A stretch of DNA of 64,000 nt from Daejeonella sp. (GTDB lineage Bacteria; Bacteroidota; Bacteroidia; Sphingobacteriales; Sphingobacteriaceae). The stretch is taken from the NCBI RefSeq assembly GCF_017495225.1, contig NZ_JAFEIG010000015.1, forward strand, positions 35,957-99,956, given 5' to 3'. A model generated the notes under the pieces. The model was given only the letters and a program-made list of their open reading frames with translations. It was not told the origin of the DNA and made no database searches. The translations under genes were made by a program, and so were the position numbers. This document shows, piece after piece, positions 17,856-27,761 of this stretch. Position 1 is the stretch's first letter, and each line of letters starts with the position of its first letter.

Positions 17856-19094
17856 ATGCAAGCAACAGAGTCTCTAAAGGATGATTTACCAGTTAATGGA
17901 AACATTGTTAACCCTACCTTACCTCCCAATAGAATTGCTTCTGTAGATGTTTATCGTGGTTTTGTGATGCTCCTCATGATGGCAGAGGTTCTTTCTCTTT
18001 CAGATGTTTCTAAAGCTTTGCCAGGAAATAAATTCTGGGAATTTTTGTCTTTCCAACAAAGTCATGTTCCATGGATATGGTTGAGTTTGCATGATATGAT
18101 TCAGCCCTCATTTACTTTTTTGGTTGGTGTTGTTCTTCCTTATTCTATTGCAAGCCGGAAAAATAAAGGTGCTAGCGTACAAAATATACTCATACATACC
18201 ATTAAACGTTCCTTTATTTTAATATTTCTAGGAATATTTTTGCGTTCCATGTACTCGAGCCAAACAAATTTTACATTTGAAGATACACTCACGCAAATAG
18301 GACTGGGTTATACCTTCCTGGTTTTAATCTCTTTTTATTCACAGCGAGTTCAGATTATTTCTCTGATTGTGATCCTGTTTTCTTATACCTTGGCGTTTGC
18401 ACTTTATCCGCTGCCTGGGGCCTCCTTCGATTATGCCTCTGCAGGTGTAAGTGCCAATTGGGAGCATAATTTAACTGGCTTTGCTGCACATTGGAATAAG
18501 AATACCAATTTAGCCTGGGCTTTTGATCAGTGGTTTTTGAATTTATTTCCTAGAGAAAGTCCTTTTCTTTTTAATTCAGGAGGTTATTCTACGCTCAGTT
18601 TTATTCCTACTTTGGGAACAATGATTTTGGGGCTTCTAGCAGGAAATTACCTGAATTCATCTCAAAACGCCCGCAAAAAACTTAATTTCTTCCTTTTTTC
18701 GGGCTTAGCTCTCCTTGTTTTTGGTATTCTGCTTCATGTAAGTGGTTTAAATCCTATTGTAAAGCGCATCTGGACTCCTGCATGGACAATCTTTAGTGGA
18801 GGCATCTGTTTCTTGTTTTTAGCCTTATTTTATGGATTAATTGATATGAAAGGCAAGCATAAAGGTTCTTTCTTTTTGATGGTTATTGGTGTAAACTCAA
18901 TTGCAGCTTATGTTATTGCAGATGGTGGGATGAAAAATCTTATCAACGACTCTCTATTTATTCATTTGGGCGAAAACTTTAATCAGGTATTTGGAACTGC
19001 TTATGCTACTTTAATTAGTGGCGGACTAGTCCTATTGTTTGAATGGTTGATTTTATATTGGATGTTTAAGAAAAAAATATTTATTAAGATTTAA
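17856..19094 (+). CDS. HGSNAT/NagX-like (DUF5009) membrane acyltransferase
   Basis: RIASVDVYRG, HDMIQPSFTF, multi-TM, KRIWT. Confidence 0.82.
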   Translation: MQATESLKDDLPVNGNIVNPTLPPNRIASVDVYRGFVMLLMMAEVLSLSDVSKALPGNKFWEFLSFQQSHVPWIWLSLHDMIQPSFTFLVGVVLPYSIASRKNKGASVQNILIHTIKRSFILIFLGIFLRSMYSSQTNFTFEDTLTQIGLGYTFLVLISFYSQRVQIISLIVILFSYTLAFALYPLPGASFDYASAGVSANWEHNLTGFAAHWNKNTNLAWAFDQWFLNLFPRESPFLFNSGGYSTLSFIPTLGTMILGLLAGNYLNSSQNARKKLNFFLFSGLALLVFGILLHVSGLNPIVKRIWTPAWTIFSGGICFLFLALFYGLIDMKGKHKGSFFLMVIGVNSIAAYVIADGGMKNLINDSLFIHLGENFNQVFGTAYATLISGGLVLLFEWLILYWMFKKKIFIKI

Positions 19095-19115
19095 GCTCAT
19101 TAAAAAAACATTTTT

Positions 19116-20222
19116 ATGAAAACGAAATTTCTTTATTTATGTATGATTGGCTCACTATTTTGTGGTGATGCTCAGTCTCAAATGAAACCCTCAAAAGCAA
19201 ATAAATCTTCCACAAAGTTTTATACTTTGCAAGATTTTAAGTCGGTTGAGAAATATGATACCCACGTTCATATCAATACCTACGATACTGCTTTCATAAA
19301 TTTAGCCAAAGCGGATAACTTTAAATTATTAACGGTAAATGTTAATCCTTCTACTTACCCTTCTGTTGATAATCAAGAAAATGTGTCATTAGAATTGATA
19401 AAAAGTTTCCCTGAGCAAGTGGCTTATGCTACCACTTTTACTGTAAAAGATTGGGGGACAGATCTTTGGCTTCCTCAAACTCTGGCTTATCTAAAAAATT
19501 CATTTAGCAAAGGTGCAATTGGGGTTAAAATCTGGAAGAATATAGGAATGGAACTTCGTGACAAAGATGGGAAGTTTGTGATGGTTAATGATGCTAGACT
19601 GGACCCGGTTTTTGATTTTATTGAAAAAAACAATGTTACTCTTATTGGGCATTTAGGTGAACCTAAAAATGCATGGCTCCCAGTTGATCAAATGACTGTC
19701 TCAGGGGATAAATCTTATTTTTCCAAGAACCCTAAATATCACATGTACCTTCACCCTGAATACCCCTCTTACCAAGATCAAATTGATGCACGTGATAAAA
19801 TGCTTGAAAAGCATCCAACAATTCGTTTTGTTGGTGTTCACTTGGGTAGCCTTGAATGGGATGTAGATGAATTGGCAAAAAGACTCGATAAGTTCCCAAA
19901 TATGGCAGTCGATATGGCCGAACGTATTTGTCACCTTCAATATCAAACTATAAATAACAGGCAAAAAGTATATGATTTCATGGTTAAATATCAAGATCGA
20001 CTTATTTATGCTACCGATAATTCAGTGGGTAAAAGTTCAAATCCTATAGAATATAAGAAAAGGATTCATGAAAGAAGAATGAGCGATTGGAGATATTTTG
20101 TAAGCGATGATGAGATGAATGTGACTGATTTTCAGGAGAAAATCCAAGGTCTTAAATTGCCGAAAGAAGTAATTGATAAAATTTATAGAACAAATGCTGA
20201 GAAGTGGTTTCCAGGAATCTAA
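19116..20222 (+). CDS. Secreted amidohydrolase-2 family protein
   Basis: Signal peptide, DTHVH, GVKIWK, GHLGEP, VHLG, YATD. Confidence 0.82.
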   Translation: MKTKFLYLCMIGSLFCGDAQSQMKPSKANKSSTKFYTLQDFKSVEKYDTHVHINTYDTAFINLAKADNFKLLTVNVNPSTYPSVDNQENVSLELIKSFPEQVAYATTFTVKDWGTDLWLPQTLAYLKNSFSKGAIGVKIWKNIGMELRDKDGKFVMVNDARLDPVFDFIEKNNVTLIGHLGEPKNAWLPVDQMTVSGDKSYFSKNPKYHMYLHPEYPSYQDQIDARDKMLEKHPTIRFVGVHLGSLEWDVDELAKRLDKFPNMAVDMAERICHLQYQTINNRQKVYDFMVKYQDRLIYATDNSVGKSSNPIEYKKRIHERRMSDWRYFVSDDEMNVTDFQEKIQGLKLPKEVIDKIYRTNAEKWFPGI

Positions 20223-20254
20223 AACAATTAATTCCACCTTAAAACAAATAAATC

Positions 20255-21664
20255 ATGAAAAATAACCGTAGAGATTTTTTGAAAAAAAGTAGCCTTGCCG
20301 GATTAGGTCTTGCGGGTGCAACAGTATTAAACGGATTCGCATCCGAAGAGAAGAAGGGTCCATGGATTGCAAAATCAAGCATCCAAACATTTAACATGAG
20401 TGGCTATGCTGCCCCAAAGCTCGAAACTGTTCGGGTTGGTTTTATTGGTTTAGGTCAACGTGGTCCTTCTCACCTTAACGCGATTTCTAAAATCGAGGGC
20501 ACCGAAATTAAAGCTTTATGTGATTTACGCCCTGAAAGTGTAAATAAGGCTAAAAAAAGGCTAGAAGCTACGAGTCATAATCCTAAGCTTTATTCTGGGA
20601 CTGAGGATGAATGGAAAAAACTTTGCGAACAAAAAGATATTGACCTGATTTATATTTGTACACCTTGGCATTTACATACACCTATGGCTTTGTACGCAAT
20701 GGAGCAAGGTAAACACGTAGCGATTGAGGTTCCTGCAACTGTTTCATTAGAAGAATGCTGGAAGTTAGTAGAGACATCCGAGCGCACACGCAAACATTGC
20801 ATGATGCTCGAAAATTGCTGCTACGATTTCTTTGAATTATTGACACTAAACATGGCAAGACAGGGCTATTTTGGTGAGATTATTCATACAGAAGGTGCTT
20901 ATATTCATAACCTCATCGACCTTAATTTTAGTGATAAGGGTTATCAAAATATGTGGCGATTGAGAGAAAATGCGACAAGAGAGGGTAGTATTTATCCCAC
21001 TCATGGATTAGGCCCAGTTTGTCAAGTATTAAATGTTAATCGTGGAGATAAAATGGATTATTTAGTTTCTATGTCATCCAATGATTTCCATATGGGTGAA
21101 CGTGCTAAAGAAGAGGCAGCAAAGAATGATCTTTACAAAGAATTTGTTGGTAAGGATTTTAAAGGAAATATCAATACTACCACAATTCGTACAACTAAAG
21201 GTAAAACTATCATGATTCAACATGATGTAACTTCACCGCGTCCTTACTCTCGTATTCATTTAGTGAGTGGTACCAAAGGTACTGCGTTAAAATATCCAAC
21301 ACCACGGATTTCAAATGGCCATTCAGGTTGGTTAAAAGAAGATGATTTTAAAGCTCTTGAGGCTCAATTTACGCCTAATATTGTGAAGAAAGTAGGAGAG
21401 CTTGCTAAAAAAGTTGGTGGCCATGGTGGAATGGATTTCTTAATGAACTGGCGTTTAATTGATTGTCTTCGTAATGGCTTACCTCTTGATCAAGATGTTT
21501 ATGATGCAGCAGCATGGAGCTCAATTTGGCCATTAAGCGAATGGTCTGTAAATAATCGTTCCAACTCAGTTGATGTTCCTGATTTTACTCGTGGAGCATG
21601 GAAAAAGAATCAGCCACATGATATTAACCTTGAAAAAGGTGGAGATACTAAGGTGAAAATCTAA
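20255..21664 (+). CDS. GH109 NAD-dependent alpha-N-acetylgalactosaminidase (Gfo/Idh/MocA), Tat-exported
   Basis: RRDFLK Tat signal, GLGQRG, EVP, LENCCY, YPTHG, GGHGGMD. Confidence 0.9.
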   Translation: MKNNRRDFLKKSSLAGLGLAGATVLNGFASEEKKGPWIAKSSIQTFNMSGYAAPKLETVRVGFIGLGQRGPSHLNAISKIEGTEIKALCDLRPESVNKAKKRLEATSHNPKLYSGTEDEWKKLCEQKDIDLIYICTPWHLHTPMALYAMEQGKHVAIEVPATVSLEECWKLVETSERTRKHCMMLENCCYDFFELLTLNMARQGYFGEIIHTEGAYIHNLIDLNFSDKGYQNMWRLRENATREGSIYPTHGLGPVCQVLNVNRGDKMDYLVSMSSNDFHMGERAKEEAAKNDLYKEFVGKDFKGNINTTTIRTTKGKTIMIQHDVTSPRPYSRIHLVSGTKGTALKYPTPRISNGHSGWLKEDDFKALEAQFTPNIVKKVGELAKKVGGHGGMDFLMNWRLIDCLRNGLPLDQDVYDAAAWSSIWPLSEWSVNNRSNSVDVPDFTRGAWKKNQPHDINLEKGGDTKVKI

Positions 21665-21689
21665 ATCTGATTTTTTAATATTTTTTAAG

Positions 21690-21746
21690 GGGCTTCAGGA
21701 TTAATTAAAACATTGAGTTTTTCTTTATGTTTTAATTCTGAAGCCC
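21690..21746 (+). terminator. Long interrupted hairpin after GH109
   Basis: GGGCTTCAG/CTGAAGCCC outer arms and AATTAAAACA/TGTTTTAATT inner arms. Confidence 0.6.
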
Positions 21747-21811
21747 TTTGTAATTCATAGTGATTCTTAATAATATTAGCCATAATTTTAAACATTAGTT
21801 GAGCAGTCATT

Positions 21812-21819
21812 TACATTTG
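21812..21819 (+). promoter_or_regulatory. -7 promoter element
   Basis: TACATTTG upstream of 21876. Confidence 0.55.
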
Positions 21820-21875
21820 CCTTCCGAGGCATTTTTTGTTCTTGAAATGATCCAATTGTTAATCTTAAAATTTAA

Positions 21876-23057
21876 ATGGAAAATAAAAAATATAATAAAG
21901 CTACCGAAGCCGTTTGGGCGGGAGAGGATAATCCTTACTTTAAAGAAGCAGTTACCACACCAATTGTGAACAGTGTTGCTTTTGCCTACCATGATTTGGA
22001 TAAATGGTATGATATATCTGTGGGTAAGCAAGATGGATTTATTTACAGTCGTAATACTAATCCAACGGTAGCTGCACTTGAAGAAAAAATTAGAGTGCTT
22101 GAAGGTGCTGAATCGGCAACAGCCTTTGCAACCGGGATGGCAGCCATTAGCAATACCTTGTTCACTTTTCTTAAGCCAGGAAAGCGTGTGGTGTCGATGA
22201 AGGATACTTATGGCGGGACAAGTAAATTATTTTTAGATTTTTTTCCTGAATACAAGGTTGATGTTAAACTCTGTGAAACGGGGAATCATGAAGAGATGGA
22301 ATTGGAAATTGCTAAAGGTTGCGATTTAGTTTACCTTGAAACTCCTACCAATCCTACCCTTAAAATTGTTGACATCAAAAGAATGGCTCTTGCAGCTAAA
22401 AAGGTGGGTGCAATTGTAGTGGTAGATAATACCTTCGCTACGCCAATCAACCAAAATCCTTTGTCGCTTGGCGCTGACTTAGTCCTGCATAGCGCTACAA
22501 AATACCTTTGTGGTCATTCTGATGCCATGGGCGGATTATTGGCTGGCAACAAAGATCTAGTACAGAAGGTTTTCCACTTTAGGGAAATTAATGGTGCAAG
22601 CTTGCAGGCAGATCCTGCTTACATGATTGCTAGGGGAATGAAAACTCTTGAATTAAGGGTTTCAAGGCAAAATGAATCTGCACTTACCATCGCTAAATAT
22701 TTAAAAGCTCATCCAAAAGTGAGTGATGTCTTTTATCCTGGCTTAGAAACTCATAAAGGTCATGAAATTGCAAAATCACAAATGCGTGGCTTTGGCGGAA
22801 TGTTGAGTTTTGCTCTGAACGGTGGTTACGATTTAGTTGAAAAATTCCTTCCATCTTTAAAATTAGTCCATTTAGCAGCCAGCCTAGGCTCTGTGAGCAC
22901 ATTAGCCGGTCCGCCGCGCACCACAAGCCATGTTGAGCTTACCGAGGCACAGCGTGCCCATTTAGGCATTCCTGAGAGTTTAATTCGCTATTCTGTAGGA
23001 ATCGAGTCGGTAGAGGATCTACTACAGGATCTTGAAGATGGATTAAAGAAAATTTAG
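21876..23057 (+). CDS. Cystathionine gamma-synthase/lyase family PLP enzyme
   Basis: YSRNTNPT, ETPTNP, VDNTFATP, HSATKYLCGHSD (PLP Lys), SLG. Confidence 0.9.
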   Translation: MENKKYNKATEAVWAGEDNPYFKEAVTTPIVNSVAFAYHDLDKWYDISVGKQDGFIYSRNTNPTVAALEEKIRVLEGAESATAFATGMAAISNTLFTFLKPGKRVVSMKDTYGGTSKLFLDFFPEYKVDVKLCETGNHEEMELEIAKGCDLVYLETPTNPTLKIVDIKRMALAAKKVGAIVVVDNTFATPINQNPLSLGADLVLHSATKYLCGHSDAMGGLLAGNKDLVQKVFHFREINGASLQADPAYMIARGMKTLELRVSRQNESALTIAKYLKAHPKVSDVFYPGLETHKGHEIAKSQMRGFGGMLSFALNGGYDLVEKFLPSLKLVHLAASLGSVSTLAGPPRTTSHVELTEAQRAHLGIPESLIRYSVGIESVEDLLQDLEDGLKKI

Positions 23058-23070
23058 TGTATTTGTATTT

Positions 23071-23113
23071 AAAGCCGGATAAATGACCTAATGTTCATCT
23101 ATCCGGTTTTTTT
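23071..23113 (+). terminator. Intrinsic terminator
   Basis: AAAGCCGGATA..TATCCGGTTTTTTT. Confidence 0.7.
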
Positions 23114-23219
23114 ATACAATTCTATTTTAGCTTGCATGAGTTTCATATCATGAGCTAAATCATGCTTTTCTTTGTTTTTGGTCATTTTATTTCAAGCCTT
23201 TTATTGATATCGTTGTATT

Positions 23220-23600
23220 ATGAAAGAGATAAACATAAAACACGTTAGCAATTTGCATAGTGATGCACTCAGGGGACTAGAATTTTATGAGCAAGAATTA
23301 GCCATTTTACAAAAGCGACTTGAAGAAATTGCTGGGGATAATACTGGGCACGAGGTGTCGGTAAGTATCGAACATTTTCAGAATCAGTTTTTGATTCAGA
23401 ACAACAATATTGATGAGCTAAAGCATAAAATAAAAGAAAATTTAAAGGCTATTGAGAGTCAGGTAATGAGTTCGGCTGGTTTTGTTGATCAAGATTCTAT
23501 GAGCCTAAATGCGGATCTTTATGACCAGTATTTAACTCAAGAAAAGATTGTTAACGATATAAGACAAGAATTTAATCGATTTGCTTCTAAATGGATGTAG
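23220..23600 (+). CDS. Hypothetical helical protein
   Basis: 126 aa, coiled-coil-like, EHFQNQF motif. Confidence 0.75.
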   Translation: MKEINIKHVSNLHSDALRGLEFYEQELAILQKRLEEIAGDNTGHEVSVSIEHFQNQFLIQNNNIDELKHKIKENLKAIESQVMSSAGFVDQDSMSLNADLYDQYLTQEKIVNDIRQEFNRFASKWM

Positions 23601-23677
23601 TTTAAAGCATCCATTTTTCTTATGCAAATGGATAGATGACAATAGATATAAAATCCATAGTTTAGCATGATTTTTTA

Positions 23678-25129
23678 ATGTTGAAAATGGGTTATTTAAA
23701 GTTTTTGTTCATCCTTGTTTTGCTATTCCCTATTGTTTCGAGGGCGCAATCTTGTGCGGGCAACTTTGGCGACCCAGTAGTTAATATTACTTTCGGAAGT
23801 GGCTCAAGTCCAGGACCAATAGCTTCTACTAACTATAATTATACCACAGCAAGCTGTCCAATAGATGGTAGTTATACCATTGTAAATCGTACAAATGGCT
23901 GTTTTGGGAATAATTGGCATACTCTTTCAGAGGATCATACTCCCGGAGATAGTGATGGTTTTATGATGCTGGTAAATGCATCAAATGCTCCCGGCGAATT
24001 TTATAAAGAAACAATAACTAGTTTGTGCCCAGGTACAACTTACGAGTTTTCGGCCTATGTGGTGAATGTTTTAAAGTCTACTTCATCAGGAATAAAACCC
24101 AATTTAACTTTTTTTATTGAGTCTGTTTCAGGTTCAGTTTTAGGCAGCTATTCTACTGGAAGTATTCCAGAATCTTTGAATCCCGAATGGAAAAAATATG
24201 CTTTAGTTTTTACAACTCCTGTTGGGATAAGTTCTGTAGTTCTCAAAATAGTTAATACCGCCCCCGGAGGTAATGGAAATGACCTTGCTCTTGATGACAT
24301 TACCTTTAGGGCTTGCGGGCCAACCATTAAGCCTAAGCTCAATGGTAGCTTGAGCCCCTTTAATGTTTGCGAAGGGCTTAGTCAGACGGTTACGCTCGAT
24401 GCGGATTTAGGTCCCGGTTATACCAATCCCGCTTTTATTTGGCAAAAAAATATTGGGAATTCTGGATGGATTGATATTCCTGGTGCAAATACTAAAGAAA
24501 GCTCTATTGTCATTAATCCAAGCTCTTCAATATCTCAACAATATCGTCTTGCTAGTGCCGAATCTTATAATATCAGTTCCCCTGGCTGCCGGATAATATC
24601 TGATATAATCACTCTTAGCTATTTTGATAAACCTATCGCTGATGCTGGACCAGATAAAATAACCATTCAAGATAAGCCGGTTGCACTAACAGCTTCCGGA
24701 ACAGGCCATATGCTCAGTTATAAATGGTCGCCAGCCACCTTTCTAAATGACCCATATATTTTAAATCCAATTTCAACTCCAGATCAAGACATTACCTATA
24801 CTTTGGAGATTACAGATGCTTGTAATAGTGTTTCAACTGATCAAGTTTTTATTAAAGTGCTTAAAAATATTACCATACCTAATGCTTTTTCGCCTAATGG
24901 GGATGGCATAAACGATCTTTGGAATGTTGCTGGCTTAGATTCTTATCCCGACGCGGATGTTCTAATTTTCAATAGGAATGGGGCTATTATTTTTCAAAGT
25001 AAGGGCTATCAAGAACCATGGGATGGTAAATATCGTGCGACTGCTATTCCTAGAGGGACTTATTATTACTCTATTGATTTGAATAATGGTACAAAGCTTT
25101 ATTCAGGAACAGTCTTTTTGATGGATTAG
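23678..25129 (+). CDS. T9SS cargo with type-B (CHU_C / gliding-motility) C-terminal domain
   Basis: Signal peptide, GDPVVNITFG N-domain, PKD/Ig-like ADAGPD repeat, PNAFSPNGDGIND..FNRNG..WDG..GTYYY. Confidence 0.87.
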   Translation: MLKMGYLKFLFILVLLFPIVSRAQSCAGNFGDPVVNITFGSGSSPGPIASTNYNYTTASCPIDGSYTIVNRTNGCFGNNWHTLSEDHTPGDSDGFMMLVNASNAPGEFYKETITSLCPGTTYEFSAYVVNVLKSTSSGIKPNLTFFIESVSGSVLGSYSTGSIPESLNPEWKKYALVFTTPVGISSVVLKIVNTAPGGNGNDLALDDITFRACGPTIKPKLNGSLSPFNVCEGLSQTVTLDADLGPGYTNPAFIWQKNIGNSGWIDIPGANTKESSIVINPSSSISQQYRLASAESYNISSPGCRIISDIITLSYFDKPIADAGPDKITIQDKPVALTASGTGHMLSYKWSPATFLNDPYILNPISTPDQDITYTLEITDACNSVSTDQVFIKVLKNITIPNAFSPNGDGINDLWNVAGLDSYPDADVLIFNRNGAIIFQSKGYQEPWDGKYRATAIPRGTYYYSIDLNNGTKLYSGTVFLMD

Positions 25130-25154
25130 AATCGCATAAAGCGATTTATTCATT

Positions 25155-27743
25155 TTAACTTTGAATTCTGCTATTTTTTTTGTATCTTATGTATTTGTCT
25201 AACTCAACAGCCATAAATACAATACTTGATACAGCCAATGTGAGTGCCAATTCCTTCAGACTTAGTGCTTGTGTTTTGAATATTTTATTTAAAGCAGGCA
25301 TGTAAATAATCATCATTTGTAGCAAAATAGTTAGTGAAATTGCAAACAGCATTCTTTTATTACTAAATAAGCAAATTTTGAAAAGAGATATTTTATTAGA
25401 CCTTATGGCTAATACATGTCCAAGCTGACTGAAACATAAAACGGTAAAGGCCATGGTTAGTTCATTGCCGTTTCCGTATTTAATTGCCCAGGCTTGAATT
25501 GATAATGTCACTAAGCCTATCAAAAGACCTACCCAGAGGATATGCCATCCCATGTTTCCAGCAAAAATAGAATCAGAAGGTTTTCGCGGTTGATGCTTCA
25601 TAATATTAGGTTCGGCTGCCTCAGAAGCAAGGGCAAGTCCTGGGAGCCCGTCTGTCACTAAATTAATCCATAAAATATGAATGGGAAGTAGTGGAATCGG
25701 GAGGCCTAAAAAAGGTGCTAATACGATGCACCAAATTTCTCCTGAATTACCGGTCATAATGTATTTTATGAATTTTAAGATATTATCAAAAATTTGGCGG
25801 CCATGTTGAATGGCTTTGACAATGCTCGAAAAATTATCATCAAGAAGAATCATATGCGCTGCTTCTTTAGATACTTCCGTTCCATTAATTCCCATAGCTA
25901 TGCCAATATCTGCGTTTTTAAGTGCTGGAGCATCATTTACCCCATCGCCAGTCATGGCCACAAAATGTCCCTTGCTTTGCAGTGCATTCACAATTTTTAG
26001 TTTTTGTTCCGGATCAACACGGGCATATACTTTTACTTTTTCAACTAATTCATCGAATTGTTTATCATCTAATTCAGCAAGCTCAGCACCGCTAATTACC
26101 AAATCATCCTTATTATTGATGATACCTAAGGCCTTCGCAATAGCTGTGGCTGTTAGTTTATGATCGCCAGTAATCATTACTGGTGTAATTCCAGCGTCCT
26201 TGCATTGTGAAATTGCTTCCTTAACATCTTCTCGTGGAGGATCAATCATTGCGGCGAAACCTAGCATAGTTAGGGATGATTCTACATACTCTGGCGTTAT
26301 TTCTTGTGGTAGTTCTTTCAATAGTTTATAGGCAAAACCTAAAACTCGATGTCCCGCCTCCGATAAATTATTCACCTGCTTTTCTAAATTGTCAATTTCT
26401 GAGCTATTTCTCAAATGGGATGTTTTTATCAGCATTTCTACTGCCCCTTTGCTAATTACTAAAATGCCTTCTTCTGTTTGATGTAAAGTACTCATACACT
26501 TTCTATTGGTATCAAAAGGTATTTCTGCAATTCTAGGGAATGACTTCTCTAAATCATGTTTGTTGTGATTATTTGCTAAGGCAAAATTTAGCAGTGAAAG
26601 TTCGGTAGATTCTCCAATCCAATCGCCTTTTTCATTTTTACTTACATCATTGCTCAAAGCCATAGCCATTAGCATTAAATTATTTGAAATACCAGGAAGT
26701 ATTTTTGAATTTTCAATTTCAAAAACCTTTTCAACAGTCATTTTATTGATGGTAAGAGTCCCAGTCTTATCAGTACAAATAAAATTTACTGATCCTAGGG
26801 TCTCTACGGCATGGAGTTTTCGGACTAATACATGTTGATTAACTAGTTTTTTTGCTCCCATTGCTAAGGAGATGGTTACTAGAGCTGGTAGGGCCTCGGG
26901 TATGGCAGCAACAGCTAAAGAAATTGATAAAAGGAGCATGTCCATAAGGCTTTCACCTCGCAGCCATCCCGAAAGGAAAATAAAAACACAAATCGCTAAA
27001 ATGATTATGGATAGGGTTTTACCAAAGCTATTTAGCCTTTTTTGCAATGGGGTAATCTGTTCGTTTTTTTGGATTAATTTAGCAATATGACCCAATTCTG
27101 TATTCATGCCCGTTTCCACTACATAGGCAGTGGCACGCCCACTGGTAACAAAGGTTCCTTTGTAAGACATATTTGTGCGATCGCCAATTGCTAAATTGGA
27201 TTCCTTGAGCTCTGTGCTATTCTTCTCGATATTTTGAGATTCGCCAGTCAAGGCCGATTCATCAACCTTGAGGCTATAAGTGCTTATAAATCGAATGTCA
27301 GCTGGAATTATATCGCCAGAATTTAAGGTTACTACATCACCTGGGACTAATTCGCTAGAATCAATTTTTACTAATTGTTTGTTTCGGAAAACGTGCGCGC
27401 GACTCCTAGCCATATTTTTTAAGGACTCTAGGGCTTTTTCTGCTCTATATTCCTGAATAAACCCGACTAAAGCATTGATGAAAATTATGGAAAGGATAAT
27501 GATGGTGTCGGTCAAATCAGACGCAAAACCTGAAATTATAGCAGCAATGATTAAAATAATAATCATGAAATCACTGAACTGATTCCACAAAATTCTCCAA
27601 ATTTTATATTTGCTTCTATTGTCTATCAGTTCATTATTTCCGAATTTAACCAAGCGCACTTGTGCTTCTTCACTCGTTAGTCCCTCTGTATTGCTTTTTA
27701 ATGCCTCTGCAACTTCTGAAGATGATAGCTTATGCCAATTCAT
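25155..27743 (-). CDS. P-type (IIA, Ca2+-like) cation-transporting ATPase
   Basis: LTGES, IPEALP, DKTGTLT, MITGD, TGDGVNDAPAL. Confidence 0.95.
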   Translation of the reverse strand: MNWHKLSSSEVAEALKSNTEGLTSEEAQVRLVKFGNNELIDNRSKYKIWRILWNQFSDFMIIILIIAAIISGFASDLTDTIIILSIIFINALVGFIQEYRAEKALESLKNMARSRAHVFRNKQLVKIDSSELVPGDVVTLNSGDIIPADIRFISTYSLKVDESALTGESQNIEKNSTELKESNLAIGDRTNMSYKGTFVTSGRATAYVVETGMNTELGHIAKLIQKNEQITPLQKRLNSFGKTLSIIILAICVFIFLSGWLRGESLMDMLLLSISLAVAAIPEALPALVTISLAMGAKKLVNQHVLVRKLHAVETLGSVNFICTDKTGTLTINKMTVEKVFEIENSKILPGISNNLMLMAMALSNDVSKNEKGDWIGESTELSLLNFALANNHNKHDLEKSFPRIAEIPFDTNRKCMSTLHQTEEGILVISKGAVEMLIKTSHLRNSSEIDNLEKQVNNLSEAGHRVLGFAYKLLKELPQEITPEYVESSLTMLGFAAMIDPPREDVKEAISQCKDAGITPVMITGDHKLTATAIAKALGIINNKDDLVISGAELAELDDKQFDELVEKVKVYARVDPEQKLKIVNALQSKGHFVAMTGDGVNDAPALKNADIGIAMGINGTEVSKEAAHMILLDDNFSSIVKAIQHGRQIFDNILKFIKYIMTGNSGEIWCIVLAPFLGLPIPLLPIHILWINLVTDGLPGLALASEAAEPNIMKHQPRKPSDSIFAGNMGWHILWVGLLIGLVTLSIQAWAIKYGNGNELTMAFTVLCFSQLGHVLAIRSNKISLFKICLFSNKRMLFAISLTILLQMMIIYMPALNKIFKTQALSLKELALTLAVSSIVFMAVELDKYIRYKKNSRIQS

Positions 27744-27761
27744 GAAATATTTGGTGATTTT

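Noticed and set aside
21665-21875. SAM riboswitch upstream of the PLP enzyme
   Set aside because: No SAM-I or SAM-II core recognised; predicted leader too short
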